From a virus, in IMG/VR virus record IMGVR_UViG_3300005825_000044, positions 1 through 35,961 of that record: 35,961 nt of DNA, one strand, 5' to 3'. Within the stretch, counting starts at the first letter, position 1. Each line of letters starts with the position of its first letter. Below, piece by piece: positions 8,863-18,113 of the stretch. The translations under genes were made by a program, and so were the position numbers. The notes beneath the pieces were generated by a model. The model searched no databases and was not told the DNA's origin. It worked only from the letters and a program-made list of their open reading frames with translations.

Positions 8863-10197
8863 CTAGAACGGGAAGTCGTCGCCCTGCTCGAGACCACACT
8901 TCACGCAGCGGCCCTCTTCGACGGCGCCGCTGCACGAGAAGCACTTCCCGTCGGCCGCGCCGTCAGCAGCGGGCCCCTCTGCGGCAGCCTCACCGGCACC
9001 GCCGGAGTCAGCGACGTCCGTGTCCAGCTCGTACTCGGTGCCGCAGCTCGGGCACTTCTGGGCCGCGGCCGGCATCGGCTTGCCGCACTCGTCGCAGTCG
9101 ATCATCTCGACCTCGGGCTCCTTCTTCTTCTTCGGGGGCGGGGGCGGGTCCTTCTTGACCACGCGCCGGCGCCCGCGCGGGGCAGGCTTCTGCTCCTCGT
9201 CAGCGTCGTCGTCCTCGGGCTCCTTCTCCTTCGCGGCTGCCGGCTTGCCACCGCCGCTGTACCGCGCCCGCTTCTTGCCGGCCGCGCCGTCAGGACGCAT
9301 CACGCTCGCGCGCTCCTCGGGGTCCTCGCTGAAGATCCGGTCGAGCGGCAGCTCGACCACAGCAGCGGCCTCCATCAGCGCGCGCACCTTCACGAGGTCG
9401 TCCTTGCCCGGCTTCGTGTACTGCACGACGTCGGGGTACTCCTCCGCGGAGATCGCGGCCTCGATCTCTTCCGTGAGCCGGCACTTGCGCGGGTCGAGCC
9501 GGAAGACCTTGTACATGTTCATCGGCGACTCGGTCTTGTCGAACGCGAATCGCAGCGCGTACGGAGAGACCTGCGGGTCGCCCTCCTCCTCGCCGAGACT
9601 CTCCATCTGGTTGCCGATCTCCTCGGAGATCAGGTCGCCGAGCATCTTGGTGGCCGACAGGATCCGGGGCCCGTCACCGGGCCTGTCGTTGTCGACGACC
9701 ACGAGCAGGTCCTCGATCTTCGTGTCGAGAGATACACCGAAGTCGTTCCGGCCCCGCTTCTCGAGACCGCTCAGGATACCGCGCGGCCACACCACCTTCT
9801 GACGCTTCTTCGCGTCGTGCCACTCGAAGACAGGCTCATCCAGACCGATGTGGTCCGCGACGAGGCGCAGCCACTCCCGCAGCAGCAGGAACGGGTCGAG
9901 GTCCGGAGGCACGTTCAGGTACGTCTTCGTCTCGCGGTCGCGGAAGTACTGGTTGCGGTGAACGATGTCGGGGTCCGGCGAGATGAATCGGGGGTAGCGG
10001 AGGATCTTCTTCTTCCGTCCCTCGTCCTCGACCTCGTCCTCCGCCAGGAACTGGTGCGTGAACCGCGGCACGATCGGCGCCGTGCGGTGCAGCCAGACAT
10101 CGATCCGCTTCCGCTCCTTCCAGTCGGGGAGCCAGTCCGAACCACCACTCGCACCCTCACGACGGCGCTGCAGGAACTCTCGTACGCCCATGCCCAT
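8863..10197 (-). CDS. putative single-stranded DNA-binding protein with Zn ribbons and SSB-type tail
   Basis: Between the UvsY-like gene and recA; charged low-complexity linker; two C4 Zn ribbons; ends in GDDFPF, like the bacterial SSB tip DDIPF. Confidence 0.55.
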   Translation of the reverse strand: MGMGVREFLQRRREGASGGSDWLPDWKERKRIDVWLHRTAPIVPRFTHQFLAEDEVEDEGRKKKILRYPRFISPDPDIVHRNQYFRDRETKTYLNVPPDLDPFLLLREWLRLVADHIGLDEPVFEWHDAKKRQKVVWPRGILSGLEKRGRNDFGVSLDTKIEDLLVVVDNDRPGDGPRILSATKMLGDLISEEIGNQMESLGEEEGDPQVSPYALRFAFDKTESPMNMYKVFRLDPRKCRLTEEIEAAISAEEYPDVVQYTKPGKDDLVKVRALMEAAAVVELPLDRIFSEDPEERASVMRPDGAAGKKRARYSGGGKPAAAKEKEPEDDDADEEQKPAPRGRRRVVKKDPPPPPKKKKEPEVEMIDCDECGKPMPAAAQKCPSCGTEYELDTDVADSGGAGEAAAEGPAADGAADGKCFSCSGAVEEGRCVKCGLEQGDDFPF

Positions 10198-10208
10198 GTC
10201 GTTCTCCC

Positions 10209-10745
10209 TCAGGCCCGGTGACGGGCCAGCATGTGTGACAACTGACTGCAGCGATCCCTCCAGGACCGCTCAAGACCCTCGACGGACCGGAGCGCGGCGT
10301 GCATCTCCGCCTTGCGTCGCCGCAGCGAGACGACCTCGTCCGTGTAGTCCGCGAGGATGCGGTCCTCGACCTCCTGGAGGGTCGGTGGCTTGCCGGGGCC
10401 CGTAGGCTTCTTCCCAGCCTTCTCAGCCTCCTGGTCGCGTTGCTCCCGCTTCTCCTTCTCGAGGTCCTTCCGCGCCTGCGTGCGCATCACCTCGAGCCGC
10501 TCGTCGACCTCGCCGCCGACGCGCTCGTCCTCGAGCTTCGCGGCGCGGACGAGGCGGGAAGCCTCCCACGCGTTGCGAGCGCTCTCGTCCAGGGCCCGGA
10601 GCACGGGCCCGTACTCGGTAGCGTCGCTCCCCAGCGTGAGCTGGCCGACGAGCTTCCTGTAGGTCGACTCGACGTCGATTCGGAGCACGTCGTCCACGAC
10701 TGCGCCCCACGGATTACCGTCCTTCTTGACCACTCGCCTCTTCAT
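10209..10745 (-). CDS. helical protein, UvsY-like recombination mediator candidate
   Basis: All-helical; PTLQEVEDRILAD...coiled-coil pattern and position beside SSB-like and recA genes match UvsY-type loaders. Confidence 0.45.
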   Translation of the reverse strand: MKRRVVKKDGNPWGAVVDDVLRIDVESTYRKLVGQLTLGSDATEYGPVLRALDESARNAWEASRLVRAAKLEDERVGGEVDERLEVMRTQARKDLEKEKREQRDQEAEKAGKKPTGPGKPPTLQEVEDRILADYTDEVVSLRRRKAEMHAALRSVEGLERSWRDRCSQLSHMLARHRA

Positions 10746-10791
10746 GAAAGAACCGATACCCAGCCGGGGAAGAACGCGGACACAACCCGCG

Positions 10792-10815
10792 GCGTGTCTC
10801 CTCGAGGAGACACGC
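10792..10815. repeat. dispersed palindrome copy 1 (GCGTGTCTCCTCGAGGAGACACGC, perfect 24 bp)
   Basis: Read directly; immediately after the polymerase stop. Confidence 0.95.
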
Positions 10816-13596
10816 TCAGCGCTCCAGCACGACGGTTCCCGGGAACCGCTTCTCCAGGTCGAGCGCCGCAGTCGTGGATACTCGGGGCCCGTCCATCACG
10901 GCGACCTGCCCGTCGTCAGCCTCTACCCGGATCACGACGGGCACCGCGCCCGGAGCGGAGCCGAGCACGGCGTCCCTGAAGCGCACCATCGCGTCGCGGT
11001 CGTCGAACGCGCCGAACCCCGCGACGACCCGGCGCACGCCGGAGTCGGAGACATCCCCACCGAACAGCGGGAGGTCGTCGACCCTGCCGCGGTCCCTGGT
11101 CCTCTTCTCGTCCAGCTCGCGCGCCTTGCGCTGGGCCGCGGACTCCACCCAGACGAGGTCGGGATACACGACGTCGAGGATCCGCGCGCACGGTGGGTAG
11201 ACGCGGCTCTCCCAGTAGTAGACCCGGTCGATCTTCTCGAGCGCGCCCGGATCCCTCGCAGGCACGACCGCGTCTTCGTCGCGCACGATGCGAGTACCGC
11301 AGCCCCTGCACTTGCCGGCGCCCGACGGTACGGGCTCCCCGCACGCGGGGCAGTCCGGCGCGACCGTGAGGTACTCGACCCGTGTACCGGCCCTGACGTC
11401 CTCGCCGCGCTCCCGGAGTACGTGCGCGACCCTGACGTGCGCCGGCTGCTTCGCCACCTTGCGCGGGGTCTTGCACCTCGGGCACGCCTCGGGACCGTCG
11501 GCGACCGCCACGGAGTCGAACTCCCTCCCGCACTTCGCGGCGCCGCGACTACCGGAGCACTTCCGAGTCGTGTAGCGGAGCGCGTACTCGCCGAGGTCCT
11601 TCACGCTCTGACTCAGCACGACGTCGTCGACCTCCAGGTCACCCTCGAGCACACGTCGCTTCCAGCGCTCGACGAACCCCTGCATGGACTCCGCGAACGG
11701 GAGGTCGGGTTCCAGCAGCGCGGTGATCAACTCGTACTGCATCTCGCGCGCGATCCTGATCACGTCGCCGCGCTTGTACTCCAGCCCCTTGACCTCGGGC
11801 TTCATCTCGCTGCCGGCCGCCTTGCCCTTGTAGACCGCGAATGAGCCGGCGTACCGCTTCGCGGAGACCAGCACGAGCCGCTTGAACGACTTCTCGAACT
11901 CGAGCCTCACGTAGCTCCTGTCGCAGCCGTGCTCCGCGAGCAGCCGCGGCCACTCCTCGTTCAGGTCGTCGACGAGCCTCGCGAACTTCGCGCGGGTCCC
12001 CGTCACGAACACAGAGTCGGTGTCCCCGTAGAACGCCTCGAGCCCGGCCGCCCGGGACCGTGCAGCGACGAGCTTGATCAGGTGCGCCCCGGTCTTCGTC
12101 ACGGACTCCGCGACGGCGCGGTCGAAGTACCGCGTGTAGGGCGAGCCGAGGATCCCGTAGAAGCTGTTCGCGACGATCTTGAACGCCTGGCTCAGCCTCT
12201 TGAAGCGGTCGAACGTCGGCGAGCCGGGCTCCGCCGCGTCTGCCCTCTTCGTGTACTCGCCGCGCGTCGCGACGAGCCGGTCCAGAGCGAGCGGGAACAT
12301 ACCGCGGGGACCGACGCGGAACCGCGGCGCAGTCGCGGACTCGTAGAGCTGGCTGCACACGCCGACTCCTTCGGGGTCCGGCGCGCGCGCGTGAACGATC
12401 GTCTCCGGCGACATGTTCCAGCTCCGGATGATCGACGGGTACAGGCTCGCGAAGTCGCAGACGTGGACGTCGTCGATCGCGCCGAGCCGCGTCGGCTCCA
12501 TGACGTAGGCACCACTGTACTGCTCGAACAGCTCGGGCTTCGGCGGCTTCGTCGGCCAGCGGTGACCGTGCTCCACCCCGAGCCGCAGCAGGAACCCGTC
12601 ACCCTGCCGGCCGGCCTGGAGCGAGCGGGTGTCGGGGAAGCACCTCGTGATCGCGCACACCGCGTAGTGCAGCGCGGTGTACCCGGTCTTCTCCTCGATC
12701 GCTGGCATCAGCCTGGCGTCCTGCAGGTTGTACGCCGCGAGACGGGCGCGACCCTCGGCGCCGCTCTCCCAGACCTCCCACGTCCGACTCGCGTCGAAGT
12801 CGGTCTTGCCGCGGCCGAGAAGCACGTGCGCGACCGCGTTCAGCGCGAAGCTCTGCTTCTCCTCGCCGCTCTCGTGCGCGTGCGCGTTGTACTTCTTGTG
12901 CACCTCCATCTGGTCGAGCCAGTTCCACCGCTCCCACAGCGGAGGCTTGCCGCCGGGAGTGATGCGGAGCTTCGCCGCGCGCTCGGAGAGCACCGGGAAA
13001 TCGAAGCCGTCGCCGTTCCAAGCGAGCGCGACGTCGTACGGCCGCAGCCACTCCAGCAGGGACTCCAGCAGCGCGCGCTCCGCCGCGTCGGTGTCCGCCG
13101 CGAGGACCTCGACACCCTCCCTGCCGCGCTGGTCGACCGCCGCCCACGAGAGTATGCGAGCCTTGCCGGCACGCATCTCGTCGAACGTCTTCCGAGAGTC
13201 GACCTCGAGGTCGAAGTACGCTGCCAGCGGAGCGTCGGAGATCTTCAGCCCCCCGTTGTCGCTGAGCATCCTGCGCAGCGGGTCGACGTCGGCCTCGTAG
13301 ATCCGGGGACCCTGCTCTCCGGCCGCGCGCATCATCGACGCGGACATCTCGCCGAGGTTCCAGACCACGTCCTTGCGAGCCCAGCGGTTTCTGAAGTCGA
13401 TCCGCACGACGCCGTGCTCGTCGACGCTGAGCCCGCGCACCTCCCGGATCCTCTCCATCTCGCGACGGTCGTCGTCGTCGAAGCCGGAGAAGAACGCGGA
13501 CCACTTCGCGGGGAAGCTCCTGATCCGCGCGTCTTCTCCGGACCTCTCGATCAGGTAGACCCGATCGTCGTCATGCCACCCGCCGACGAGAGCCAC
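10816..13596 (-). CDS. polB: family B DNA polymerase with proofreading exonuclease
   Basis: ExoI FDLEVD, ExoII WNGDGFDFP, ExoIII YNLQDA; polymerase motifs DFASLYPSII, KIVANSFYG, YGDTDS, KRYA, KGLE. Confidence 0.97.
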   Translation of the reverse strand: MALVGGWHDDDRVYLIERSGEDARIRSFPAKWSAFFSGFDDDDRREMERIREVRGLSVDEHGVVRIDFRNRWARKDVVWNLGEMSASMMRAAGEQGPRIYEADVDPLRRMLSDNGGLKISDAPLAAYFDLEVDSRKTFDEMRAGKARILSWAAVDQRGREGVEVLAADTDAAERALLESLLEWLRPYDVALAWNGDGFDFPVLSERAAKLRITPGGKPPLWERWNWLDQMEVHKKYNAHAHESGEEKQSFALNAVAHVLLGRGKTDFDASRTWEVWESGAEGRARLAAYNLQDARLMPAIEEKTGYTALHYAVCAITRCFPDTRSLQAGRQGDGFLLRLGVEHGHRWPTKPPKPELFEQYSGAYVMEPTRLGAIDDVHVCDFASLYPSIIRSWNMSPETIVHARAPDPEGVGVCSQLYESATAPRFRVGPRGMFPLALDRLVATRGEYTKRADAAEPGSPTFDRFKRLSQAFKIVANSFYGILGSPYTRYFDRAVAESVTKTGAHLIKLVAARSRAAGLEAFYGDTDSVFVTGTRAKFARLVDDLNEEWPRLLAEHGCDRSYVRLEFEKSFKRLVLVSAKRYAGSFAVYKGKAAGSEMKPEVKGLEYKRGDVIRIAREMQYELITALLEPDLPFAESMQGFVERWKRRVLEGDLEVDDVVLSQSVKDLGEYALRYTTRKCSGSRGAAKCGREFDSVAVADGPEACPRCKTPRKVAKQPAHVRVAHVLRERGEDVRAGTRVEYLTVAPDCPACGEPVPSGAGKCRGCGTRIVRDEDAVVPARDPGALEKIDRVYYWESRVYPPCARILDVVYPDLVWVESAAQRKARELDEKRTRDRGRVDDLPLFGGDVSDSGVRRVVAGFGAFDDRDAMVRFRDAVLGSAPGAVPVVIRVEADDGQVAVMDGPRVSTTAALDLEKRFPGTVVLER

Positions 13597-13600
13597 GCTG

Positions 13601-14617
13601 CTACTTCGCCCGGACGAAGGACGCGACGAGACCGCCGAGCGTCTTGTGCTTGCCCTTGCCGTCGATCTTCAGCGCGATGTCGAGCACGACTTCCTTGCTG
13701 ATCGGGATCCTCACGTAGCAGTTGTCGACCACGATGTTGAACGAGCCAGCGTTCTTCAGCTCACGCCCGGTCTTCCCGCCGACGAACTTGTGAGTCTTCG
13801 GCTTGCCGTCGACCTTCGCGAGCAGCGTGATCTCCCCGTCCTTCTTCTTCTCGGGCACCGACGCCGCGGCCTTCGGCTTCTTCCCGAGCTTCGCGTCCCG
13901 CTTCTCCCTGACCTCTGCCGTGACCTCGCGCGCAGTCGCGCCGCCGCGAGCCTTCTTCGTCAGCTCCTCGCGCTCCTCTGCGTCAGACACCGTCGCGAGT
14001 GAGCGCAGCTTCTGGTAGCCGACCTCGTCGTAGTCCTTCCGAGAGAACCGGTCGGCGATGCTCATCAGGGAGTACATCGTGGTCCGCGCGAACGGCACCT
14101 CGTCGGACTCGCAGAACGCCTTGAACGTCTTGTGTCCCTTGCTCTTGTAGAGCTGCTTGTCGTGGATCCTCTTGACGATCACACCCATCTCGTAGCTGTA
14201 GCCGACCACTCCGCGTTTCATCTCGCAGAGCTTCTCGATCAGCGCGTCGAGCACTGCGGCGCCGTCGTTCGCGAGCGGCGCGTCCTGCTCAGGCTCCGGC
14301 TCAGGCTCGTCCTGCACGACCTCCGCGACGTGCTCCTCCCCGTCAGTGGTGATGACGTCGCCCCGCGACCCGCAGAACGGACAGAACTCCGTCGCGTCCG
14401 TGCTCCGCTCCCCGCAGTCCTCGCACTCGAGGTGGTCGTCCTCGGCGACCTCCGCGAGCAGCGTGCCGACGTGGGCCCGCACCGCACCGAGGACCTCGTC
14501 GTGCTTGTCCTTGCCGCGGGGCAGCTTCAGACCGACCGCCTTCGCGAACTCGCGCATCGCGTCGATCTTCGGGAGCGCCTTCGTTGATGTTTCCTTCTTC
14601 GCCTTCGCCACGTTCAT
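13601..14617 (-). CDS. Lys-rich putative DNA-binding protein with Zn ribbon and DUF3102-like segment
   Basis: CEDCG...CPFCG; YEMG..VKRI......YK..G..TF..FC......R.T.Y.LM.IA pattern. Confidence 0.55.
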   Translation of the reverse strand: MNVAKAKKETSTKALPKIDAMREFAKAVGLKLPRGKDKHDEVLGAVRAHVGTLLAEVAEDDHLECEDCGERSTDATEFCPFCGSRGDVITTDGEEHVAEVVQDEPEPEPEQDAPLANDGAAVLDALIEKLCEMKRGVVGYSYEMGVIVKRIHDKQLYKSKGHKTFKAFCESDEVPFARTTMYSLMSIADRFSRKDYDEVGYQKLRSLATVSDAEEREELTKKARGGATAREVTAEVREKRDAKLGKKPKAAASVPEKKKDGEITLLAKVDGKPKTHKFVGGKTGRELKNAGSFNIVVDNCYVRIPISKEVVLDIALKIDGKGKHKTLGGLVASFVRAK

Positions 14618-15213
14618 TCTCCTCTCGCTGCGGCGACGAACGCGTCGACCGCCTGTTTTCTCCTGCGCCGCTCACTGCGAACGGAGCCGTCGACCTTCCC
14701 TGCCGCGTACCGGGTGACCGTCGCGGCGTGACTCGCCGAGATCTTACCGAGCGCACGGTGATAGGCGCGCGACGCGTCGATGCGCTCATCCACGTCGTAC
14801 GACCGCCCGACGTCATCACCACTGATTAGTCGAACGCTCTCCGGTGATTGGTGATGACTGCTGTCAACCCTATTATTCCCGACCACGACGTCGAGCACCG
14901 GGGCACGCTCGACGAAGCGAAGCTCTCCGTGGAAACGCGTGTGCGAGCTGCGCTTCACTTTCAGCAGCTTGTACTGCCACCACCGCCCGACGTAGAAGCT
15001 CAGCTTCCCGCGCGTGGGATCCCACGAGTTGATCGTGTTCCACAGCTCGATCAGCAGCTCCTGCTCGATGTCCTCGATCTCGCCGTGGGCCACCCACGGA
15101 GCCGCGACCCTGCGGATCAGGCCGCGGTGAGCGCGCACCAGACAGTCGAAGCTGAGCGTCCCCGCAGCGACGGACTCGAGGTCGTCGTTCCACCGCTTCC
15201 AGCGGGGGCTCAC
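14614..15213 (-). CDS. sigma70-family (region 2) transcription factor
   Basis: GTG at 15213 overlaps the uvrD stop; LVRAHRGLIRRVA...EDIEQELLIELWNTINSWDPTRGKLSFY is a sigma region 2 signature. Region 4 is not clearly recognisable. Confidence 0.75.
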   Translation of the reverse strand: MSPRWKRWNDDLESVAAGTLSFDCLVRAHRGLIRRVAAPWVAHGEIEDIEQELLIELWNTINSWDPTRGKLSFYVGRWWQYKLLKVKRSSHTRFHGELRFVERAPVLDVVVGNNRVDSSHHQSPESVRLISGDDVGRSYDVDERIDASRAYHRALGKISASHAATVTRYAAGKVDGSVRSERRRRKQAVDAFVAAARGE

Positions 15214-18020
15214 GACGCACCCCCGGCGACCGCGTCGCGCGTCGCCAGCATGTCCGTGACAGGTTTCAGGAACGGGCTCGGTCCCAGCTCCACGACCTTC
15301 TCGCCGACGACGGCGCCCTCGACGTACGAGACCCAGAGCGCGTCGCGCGCTCGGGTCACGCCGACGTAGAACAGCCTGCGCTCCTCCTCGAGGTCCTCCG
15401 CTCGAACGTGCGGGAGGATCTTCTCGTTGGCCCCGATCACGTGGACGACGGGCCACTCCAGACCCTTGCTCTTGTGCAGCGTGGACAGCGTCACGGTCGA
15501 GCGCCGACTCCCGCGCCGCTTCGCAGCCTCCGCGCGCTCCAGCACGTCGTCGACGTGGTCGAGGAACCCCGTGACCGTGCCGAACCTGCCGGCGCACCGG
15601 ATCAGCTCGCGCACGTTGCTGACCCGCGCGTTCTCCACCGTCTCCTCGCCCTCGTTGCGGACGAGGTAACGCATGTAGTCGGTCTCCACCGTCAGCTCGG
15701 TGAGCAGGCTTTCCGGAGCGCGCTCGATCCTCTCGGCGAGCGAGTCGACGAGACCTGCCCACGAGACCGCGCTCGAGACCTGCCGCTGCTGCAGGCCCGA
15801 CCTACCACCCGCCGCGAAGGAGCGCGCCAGCGCCGCCCACTCCGGCCCGACTGCACCACCACCGGCACGCTCGAGCCCGTCAAGGAACGCCCTGCCGAGG
15901 TAGCGGAACGGGGTGTTGATGCACCGCCGCACGTCATCGAACCCACCGCGGCCCTCCGCTACCCGGATGTACGCGAGCAGGTCCTTGACCTCCTTGCGGT
16001 TGTAGAAGTTCGTGCCACCGACGACGAAGTACGGCACGTTCTCCGCGAGACATGCCTCCTCCACGGCTCGGCTCTGCGCGTTCGTGCGGTACAGCACCGC
16101 GAAGTCCTGCCACGACCGACCGTCGACCACAGCCTCCTTGATCAGCTTCACGACGGCGCGACCCTCCGCGTCGAAGTCGGCCTCGCGGAAGACCCCGACG
16201 CTGCCGCTCTCCTCCCGGGTCGCGCGCATCTCCGTCCCGAGCGTGGAGCCCGGGGCCATCGTGCGCATCACAGCGTTCGCGGCATCGACGATGGCGCCCG
16301 CCGACCTGTAGTTCGCGTCGAGTGCCACGACCCGGGCACCCGGCCACTCCCGCTCGAAGTGCGTCAGCACGTCCGACGACGCGCCGCGCCACCCGTAGAT
16401 GCTGTTGAGAACCACAACTCCGTTGGCCGCATACGCGTGATCTTTCTCGACATCCAACGAGTAGACCGGGCCGTCATACTGAGCCGTGTCATGGCCCGAA
16501 ACCGGAGCCCATGCGTTCTGAGCGTCAGGCAGCGGCAGCGACATCAGCTCGGGCAAAACGTTGGATGCGTACACCGCGAAGTACGTTCCGCGGACGTACG
16601 CCGCGTCAGGGTCGTCGGTTTGCGTTCTCGGGAACGGCCAAATCGGGTGGCCCGGTAAGAGCCCGTGATCGGACAGGCACCTACGCCCAGCAGCGTCATT
16701 GTTCTCACGCACCAGCCGGTGACCGAAGACCATGCCGATCGCGTCTGCGGTCTGGTGGGCGGCGCCCTCTACCGGCTCAAACGTGGCCGTGGGAATACCG
16801 TAGCCGGCAGCGATCACGCTCTCGTACACGCTGGCGTCGGTCCGCCCCGTATGGACAGCCAAGATCCACACACCGTCGGCCTTTTCGATCTTGGCGCGTT
16901 GGGCCAGATGAAAGCCGCGCGATCCGTCACCGCCGCCGGAAAAAAGCTTGCACCACCCGACTCGGTAACCGAACCCATCGCGGTGCATCAGGTAGGTGAC
17001 GCAATCGTCCACGCCGCGATCAGTCCACCGTGCCATGACCTTGTGGTTGGAGGTCATCGGAACCGAGCGGCCGCCGACAGAGATCGTGTGCAGCGTTCCC
17101 GTGTACGAGCGGCATTGGACGTTGATCACGCGTCCGCTGATCATCTTTTGCGCGTTGCGGTTCCAGCCGCGAACTCTGTCGCCATCGCGCAGGCGTTCGA
17201 TCGGAGTAACAACGCCCGGTTCGCTCTCGATCATGACCCCCGGCGGGTGACACTGCGCGGGGTCGCCAACGACCATGTAGCGACGATGGTCGCGCGCCAG
17301 CGACGACGCGATCTCGGTCTGCACCGGGCTCTCGTCCTGCGCCTCGTCCTGCAGCACGTGGTCCCACTTCGCGGCCCAGCGCTCTCTCACCTCGTCGTTG
17401 CGGAGCAGCACCGCGGCGTCGAGCAGCATGTCGTCGAACGTCAGCAGCCCCTTCGCGTGGCGGCCCTGCTCAGCAGCGGCGTACGCCATCCGCAGCAGCG
17501 TGGGGTCGCGCTGCAGACACGGCCGCTGCCTGTGGAAGTCGGCAGAGAACGGCTCGAGCCGGGGGTCGTCGTGAGCGATTCCGCGAGCCTTCGCGAGCCC
17601 GATGAAGTGCGACACGACCGTGGGGTCGCCGTTCTTCCAGTCCAACCCGCGGTACCCCAGCGCGTCCTTGACGACGATCCTGTACCTGTCGGAGTCGTCG
17701 ACCTCGTAGCCGCGGAGGTCGTGACGCTCCGCGCGCACCAGCTCGAGCGCGAGCGAGTGGAAGGTGCCGACCCGAGCGTCCTCCGCCCCGTACTCGTCGA
17801 GACGATCCAGCATCTCGCGGGCCGCGCGCTGACTGAACGTCACCGCGAGGATCCGTTCGGGGTCGACGCCGCTCTCGATCAGCCGCGCGATCCGCGCGAC
17901 GAGCGTCCGTGTCTTGCCGCAGCCCGCTACAGCGGGGACCGCGATCGGCCCGTCCGTGTGTGCCACCACCGCGAGCTGGTGCTCGTTCAAACCACGCATG
18001 TATCCGCCGTCTCCCGCCAT
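15210..18020 (-). CDS. uvrD: UvrD/PcrA SF1 helicase containing an intein
   Basis: LNEHQ, AVAGCGKT, VTF, TFHS, DEAQD, VGDPAQ|SIYGWRGA, NYRS, VLYRTN, TLHKSKGLEW, EERRLFYVGVTRA. ATG at 18020 has SD GAGGAGG. Confidence 0.95.
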   Translation of the reverse strand: MAGDGGYMRGLNEHQLAVVAHTDGPIAVPAVAGCGKTRTLVARIARLIESGVDPERILAVTFSQRAAREMLDRLDEYGAEDARVGTFHSLALELVRAERHDLRGYEVDDSDRYRIVVKDALGYRGLDWKNGDPTVVSHFIGLAKARGIAHDDPRLEPFSADFHRQRPCLQRDPTLLRMAYAAAEQGRHAKGLLTFDDMLLDAAVLLRNDEVRERWAAKWDHVLQDEAQDESPVQTEIASSLARDHRRYMVVGDPAQCHPPGVMIESEPGVVTPIERLRDGDRVRGWNRNAQKMISGRVINVQCRSYTGTLHTISVGGRSVPMTSNHKVMARWTDRGVDDCVTYLMHRDGFGYRVGWCKLFSGGGDGSRGFHLAQRAKIEKADGVWILAVHTGRTDASVYESVIAAGYGIPTATFEPVEGAAHQTADAIGMVFGHRLVRENNDAAGRRCLSDHGLLPGHPIWPFPRTQTDDPDAAYVRGTYFAVYASNVLPELMSLPLPDAQNAWAPVSGHDTAQYDGPVYSLDVEKDHAYAANGVVVLNSIYGWRGASSDVLTHFEREWPGARVVALDANYRSAGAIVDAANAVMRTMAPGSTLGTEMRATREESGSVGVFREADFDAEGRAVVKLIKEAVVDGRSWQDFAVLYRTNAQSRAVEEACLAENVPYFVVGGTNFYNRKEVKDLLAYIRVAEGRGGFDDVRRCINTPFRYLGRAFLDGLERAGGGAVGPEWAALARSFAAGGRSGLQQRQVSSAVSWAGLVDSLAERIERAPESLLTELTVETDYMRYLVRNEGEETVENARVSNVRELIRCAGRFGTVTGFLDHVDDVLERAEAAKRRGSRRSTVTLSTLHKSKGLEWPVVHVIGANEKILPHVRAEDLEEERRLFYVGVTRARDALWVSYVEGAVVGEKVVELGPSPFLKPVTDMLATRDAVAGGAS
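16404..17252 (-). mobile_element. intein (283 aa) in UvrD motif III
   Basis: Interrupts GDPAQ/SIYGWRG; begins with Cys (CHPPG), block B MTSNHKV, block F/G VYSLDVEKDHAYAANGVVVLN, +1 Ser; visibly more A/T-ending codons. Confidence 0.95.
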
Positions 18021-18113
18021 CGGGATCCTCCTCGTGTTGGGCGCATCGCCCAGGATTTCCACGTCTCCCCCGAACCCATACCCGGGCGCGGGGATCAAAG
18101 GACTACCGGAACC

